From the NCBI GenBank assembly GCA_963729605.1, contig CAVSNY010000007.1:32001-96000 (forward strand): DNA of 64,000 nt, read 5' to 3'. The stretch comes from an uncultured Gammaproteobacteria bacterium. Lineage in GTDB: Bacteria > Pseudomonadota > Gammaproteobacteria > DRLM01. Each line of letters opens with the position of its first letter. Position 1 is the first letter of the stretch. Below the pieces are notes generated by a model that had not been told where the DNA came from, did no database searches, and saw only the letters and a program-made list of their open reading frames with translations. Both the position numbers and the translations under genes were made by a program. Below, piece after piece: positions 61,914-64,000 of this stretch.

Positions 61914-63436
61914 GGCGTCGGCTCCGGCGCCGCGCCCAGCACCGCGTGAATATAACCGTCGGCTTGCAGCAACTGGTCGGCGGTGGCGCGGGCAAAATCC
62001 GTCGCGGGCCCGGCCCAGATCGTCAGCCCCAGCCCCAACAACAGCAGGCCGATAACGGGCGCCGCGTCGCCGGCCACGGGTGGCGCGGTTACCGGCGCTG
62101 CTCCGTCTTCGGCGGCGTGCGGCCGGTAGAACAGTAAGCTGCCGCTGCGCGCCAGGGCAACCAGTCCCAACAGGCTGGTCAGCAGCACCAGCGTCATGAT
62201 CCATGGCAGGGCTGGATGGGTCAGCGCGGCGTGCAGCAGCAGAAACTTACCCAGGAAACCGGACAGCGGCGGCAGGCCCGCCATCAGCACCGCGGTGATG
62301 AAAAACAAACCGCCCAGGAAGCGCGGGCTGGCGATGGCCGGACCGGGATCGAGCCGGTCGCCCAGTTCGCCGCGGCGGCCGGCAATGGCGTCGGCCAGCA
62401 GAAACAAGGCCGCTGCCGCGAAGGTGGTATGCGGCAGATAATAAAGCCCGGCGGCGATGCCGGCGCCGGAATTGAGGCCGAAGGCCGTCAGCAGCGAGCC
62501 GACCGAGGCCACCACCAGATAGGCGGTTTGTTGTCGCAGCGCGGTACTGGCCACCGCGCCTAACATGCCGATCGTCAAGGTGGCGAGGGCCAGCGGCAGC
62601 AACCAGGGTTCGATCAGGTGGGCGGCGCCGCCGGCGCCGCTGCCGAAGATCAGCGTATAGATACGCAGGATGCTGTACGCCCCCACCTTGGTCATGATGG
62701 CAAACAGCGCCGCCACCGGCGCGCTGGTATGGGCATAGGCGGCGGGCAGCCAGAGATACAGCGGCAGCAGCGCGGCCTTGAGCGCGAATACCCCGAACAG
62801 CAGCAGACCCGCCGCCCGCACCAAGGCGATATCTTCAGGCGGCACGGCGGCCATTTTCACGGCCAGGTCGGCCATGTTGAGCGTGCCCAGCACGCCGTAG
62901 AGTGTCCCCACGGCGAAAAGGAACAAGGTGGACCCCGCGAGATTGATCACCACGAAATGCAGACCGGCGCGGGTGCGCAAACGTCCGCCGCCGTGCAGCA
63001 TCAGCCCATAGGAGGCGAGCAGCAGGATTTCGAAAAAGACGAACAGGTTGAACAGGTCGCCGGTCAGAAAGGCGCCGTTCAGGCCGAACAGCTGCAACTG
63101 GAACAACACGTGGAAATGCTGGCCGGCGCGGTCGGTGCCGCGCAGCGCGTAGAGCAAGGCGAACAGCGCGAGCAAGGCGGTAATGAGCAGCATCCAGCCC
63201 GCGAGCCGGTCCGCCACCAGCACGATGCCGTAGGGCGCCGGCCAGTCGCCCAAGGCATAAACCAGGATCTCGCCGCCGTCCACCGCCGCCATGATCGCGA
63301 GCGCCAGCCCGATCTGCGCCACGACCGCGGCGACGCTCAGCAGCCGGCGCAGATCGAGATTCAGAGGGCGCAACAACAGCAGGAGTATGCCTGCTATCAG
63401 GGGCGCGATGACCGGGGCGATGACCAGGTGGTTCAT
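61910..63436 (-). CDS. mrpD: Na+(K+)/H+ antiporter subunit D
   Basis: W.APYGIVLVAD, TGDLFNLFVFFE, WLP.AY, TKVG, GLPPLSGF. Confidence 0.95.
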   Translation of the reverse strand: MNHLVIAPVIAPLIAGILLLLLRPLNLDLRRLLSVAAVVAQIGLALAIMAAVDGGEILVYALGDWPAPYGIVLVADRLAGWMLLITALLALFALLYALRGTDRAGQHFHVLFQLQLFGLNGAFLTGDLFNLFVFFEILLLASYGLMLHGGGRLRTRAGLHFVVINLAGSTLFLFAVGTLYGVLGTLNMADLAVKMAAVPPEDIALVRAAGLLLFGVFALKAALLPLYLWLPAAYAHTSAPVAALFAIMTKVGAYSILRIYTLIFGSGAGGAAHLIEPWLLPLALATLTIGMLGAVASTALRQQTAYLVVASVGSLLTAFGLNSGAGIAAGLYYLPHTTFAAAALFLLADAIAGRRGELGDRLDPGPAIASPRFLGGLFFITAVLMAGLPPLSGFLGKFLLLHAALTHPALPWIMTLVLLTSLLGLVALARSGSLLFYRPHAAEDGAAPVTAPPVAGDAAPVIGLLLLGLGLTIWAGPATDFARATADQLLQADGYIHAVLGAAPEPTP

Positions 63437-63759
63437 TTGTGTTTTCCGTCCACGTGGTCGTTGCCCAGTTCGGCGCGGGCCTTGAGGGCCAGCATGATGA
63501 CGAAGGCGGTCATGGCGAAACTGATGACGATGGCGGTGAGCACCAGGGCCTGCGGCAGCGGATCGGCGTAAGCGGCCGCGCCGGCGGTGATGACCGGCGG
63601 CTGACCGATGGCCAGCCGCCCCATGGCGAACAGGAACAGATTGACCGCGTAAGACAGAAAGGTCAGGCCCAACACGACCGGAAAGGTGCGGCCGCGCAAG
63701 GCCAGATAGACGCCGCAGGCGGTGAGCACGCCGATGATCAGGGCCATCAAGGCTTCCAT
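63433..63759 (-). CDS. mrpC: Na+(K+)/H+ antiporter subunit C
   Basis: [17 protein letters not shown]; start moved to ATG 63759. Confidence 0.93.
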   Translation of the reverse strand: MEALMALIIGVLTACGVYLALRGRTFPVVLGLTFLSYAVNLFLFAMGRLAIGQPPVITAGAAAYADPLPQALVLTAIVISFAMTAFVIMLALKARAELGNDHVDGKHK

Positions 63760-64000
63760 CGGCGGCCCTCCTTTCCGATCTTCGGACCGTGGCTGGTGTG
63801 GTGCAGCATTCCCAAATGAATAAGGATGAGCAGGGTGGCGCCCACCACCACCAGGTAAACGCCGAGGTCGAAGGCCATCGCCGAGGCCAGTTCGAACTCG
63901 CCCACCCAAGGCCAGTGCAAATGGGTGAACGTCGAGGTCAGGAACGGATGGCCGAACAGCCAGCTCGCCAAGCCGGTGAGCGTGGCGATCGCCAGCCCCG
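63747..64000 (-). CDS. mrpA: Na+(K+)/H+ antiporter subunit A/B, 3' end (start outside window)
   Basis: PFLTS...[15 protein letters not shown] MnhB-domain C-terminus directly upstream of mrpC. Confidence 0.85.
   Translation of the reverse strand, partial: GLAIATLTGLASWLFGHPFLTSTFTHLHWPWVGEFELASAMAFDLGVYLVVVGATLLILIHLGMLHHTSHGPKIGKEGRRWKP

Overview
A GC-rich gammaproteobacterial chromosome segment containing the conserved mnmG-rsmG-parA-parB-atp(Z/I,B,E,F,H,A,G,D,C)-glmU-glmS backbone on the minus strand. It also carries gatB (partial), rep, a sucrose cluster (fructokinase, SPS-SPP, sucrose synthase, MscS), MoxR-DUF58-transglutaminase, three c-di-GMP proteins and the 3' part of an Mrp/Pha Na+(K+)/H+ antiporter operon. 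Nearly every backbone junction holds accessory DNA: an integrase-less integron cassette array with mutated core sites plus a RAYT remnant and REP doublets (atpC-glmU), a probable solo cassette (parB-atp), a katG relic and an MCP (rsmG-parA), and tandem HDOD-GGDEF paralogs plus a ~150-bp IS5-like MITE (mnmG-rsmG). The best candidate for an undescribed system is the coupled three-gene operon at 4423-6798. It encodes a ParA/MinD ATPase fused to an AMPK-beta-type glycogen-binding (CBM48-like) domain, a Walker-A-less FlhG/MinD-like protein and a small protein with a possibly degenerate nuclease-like fold; I hypothesise it positions glycogen granules. All calls come from reading the sequence by eye, no searches were run, and several start codons were adjusted from the ORF track.
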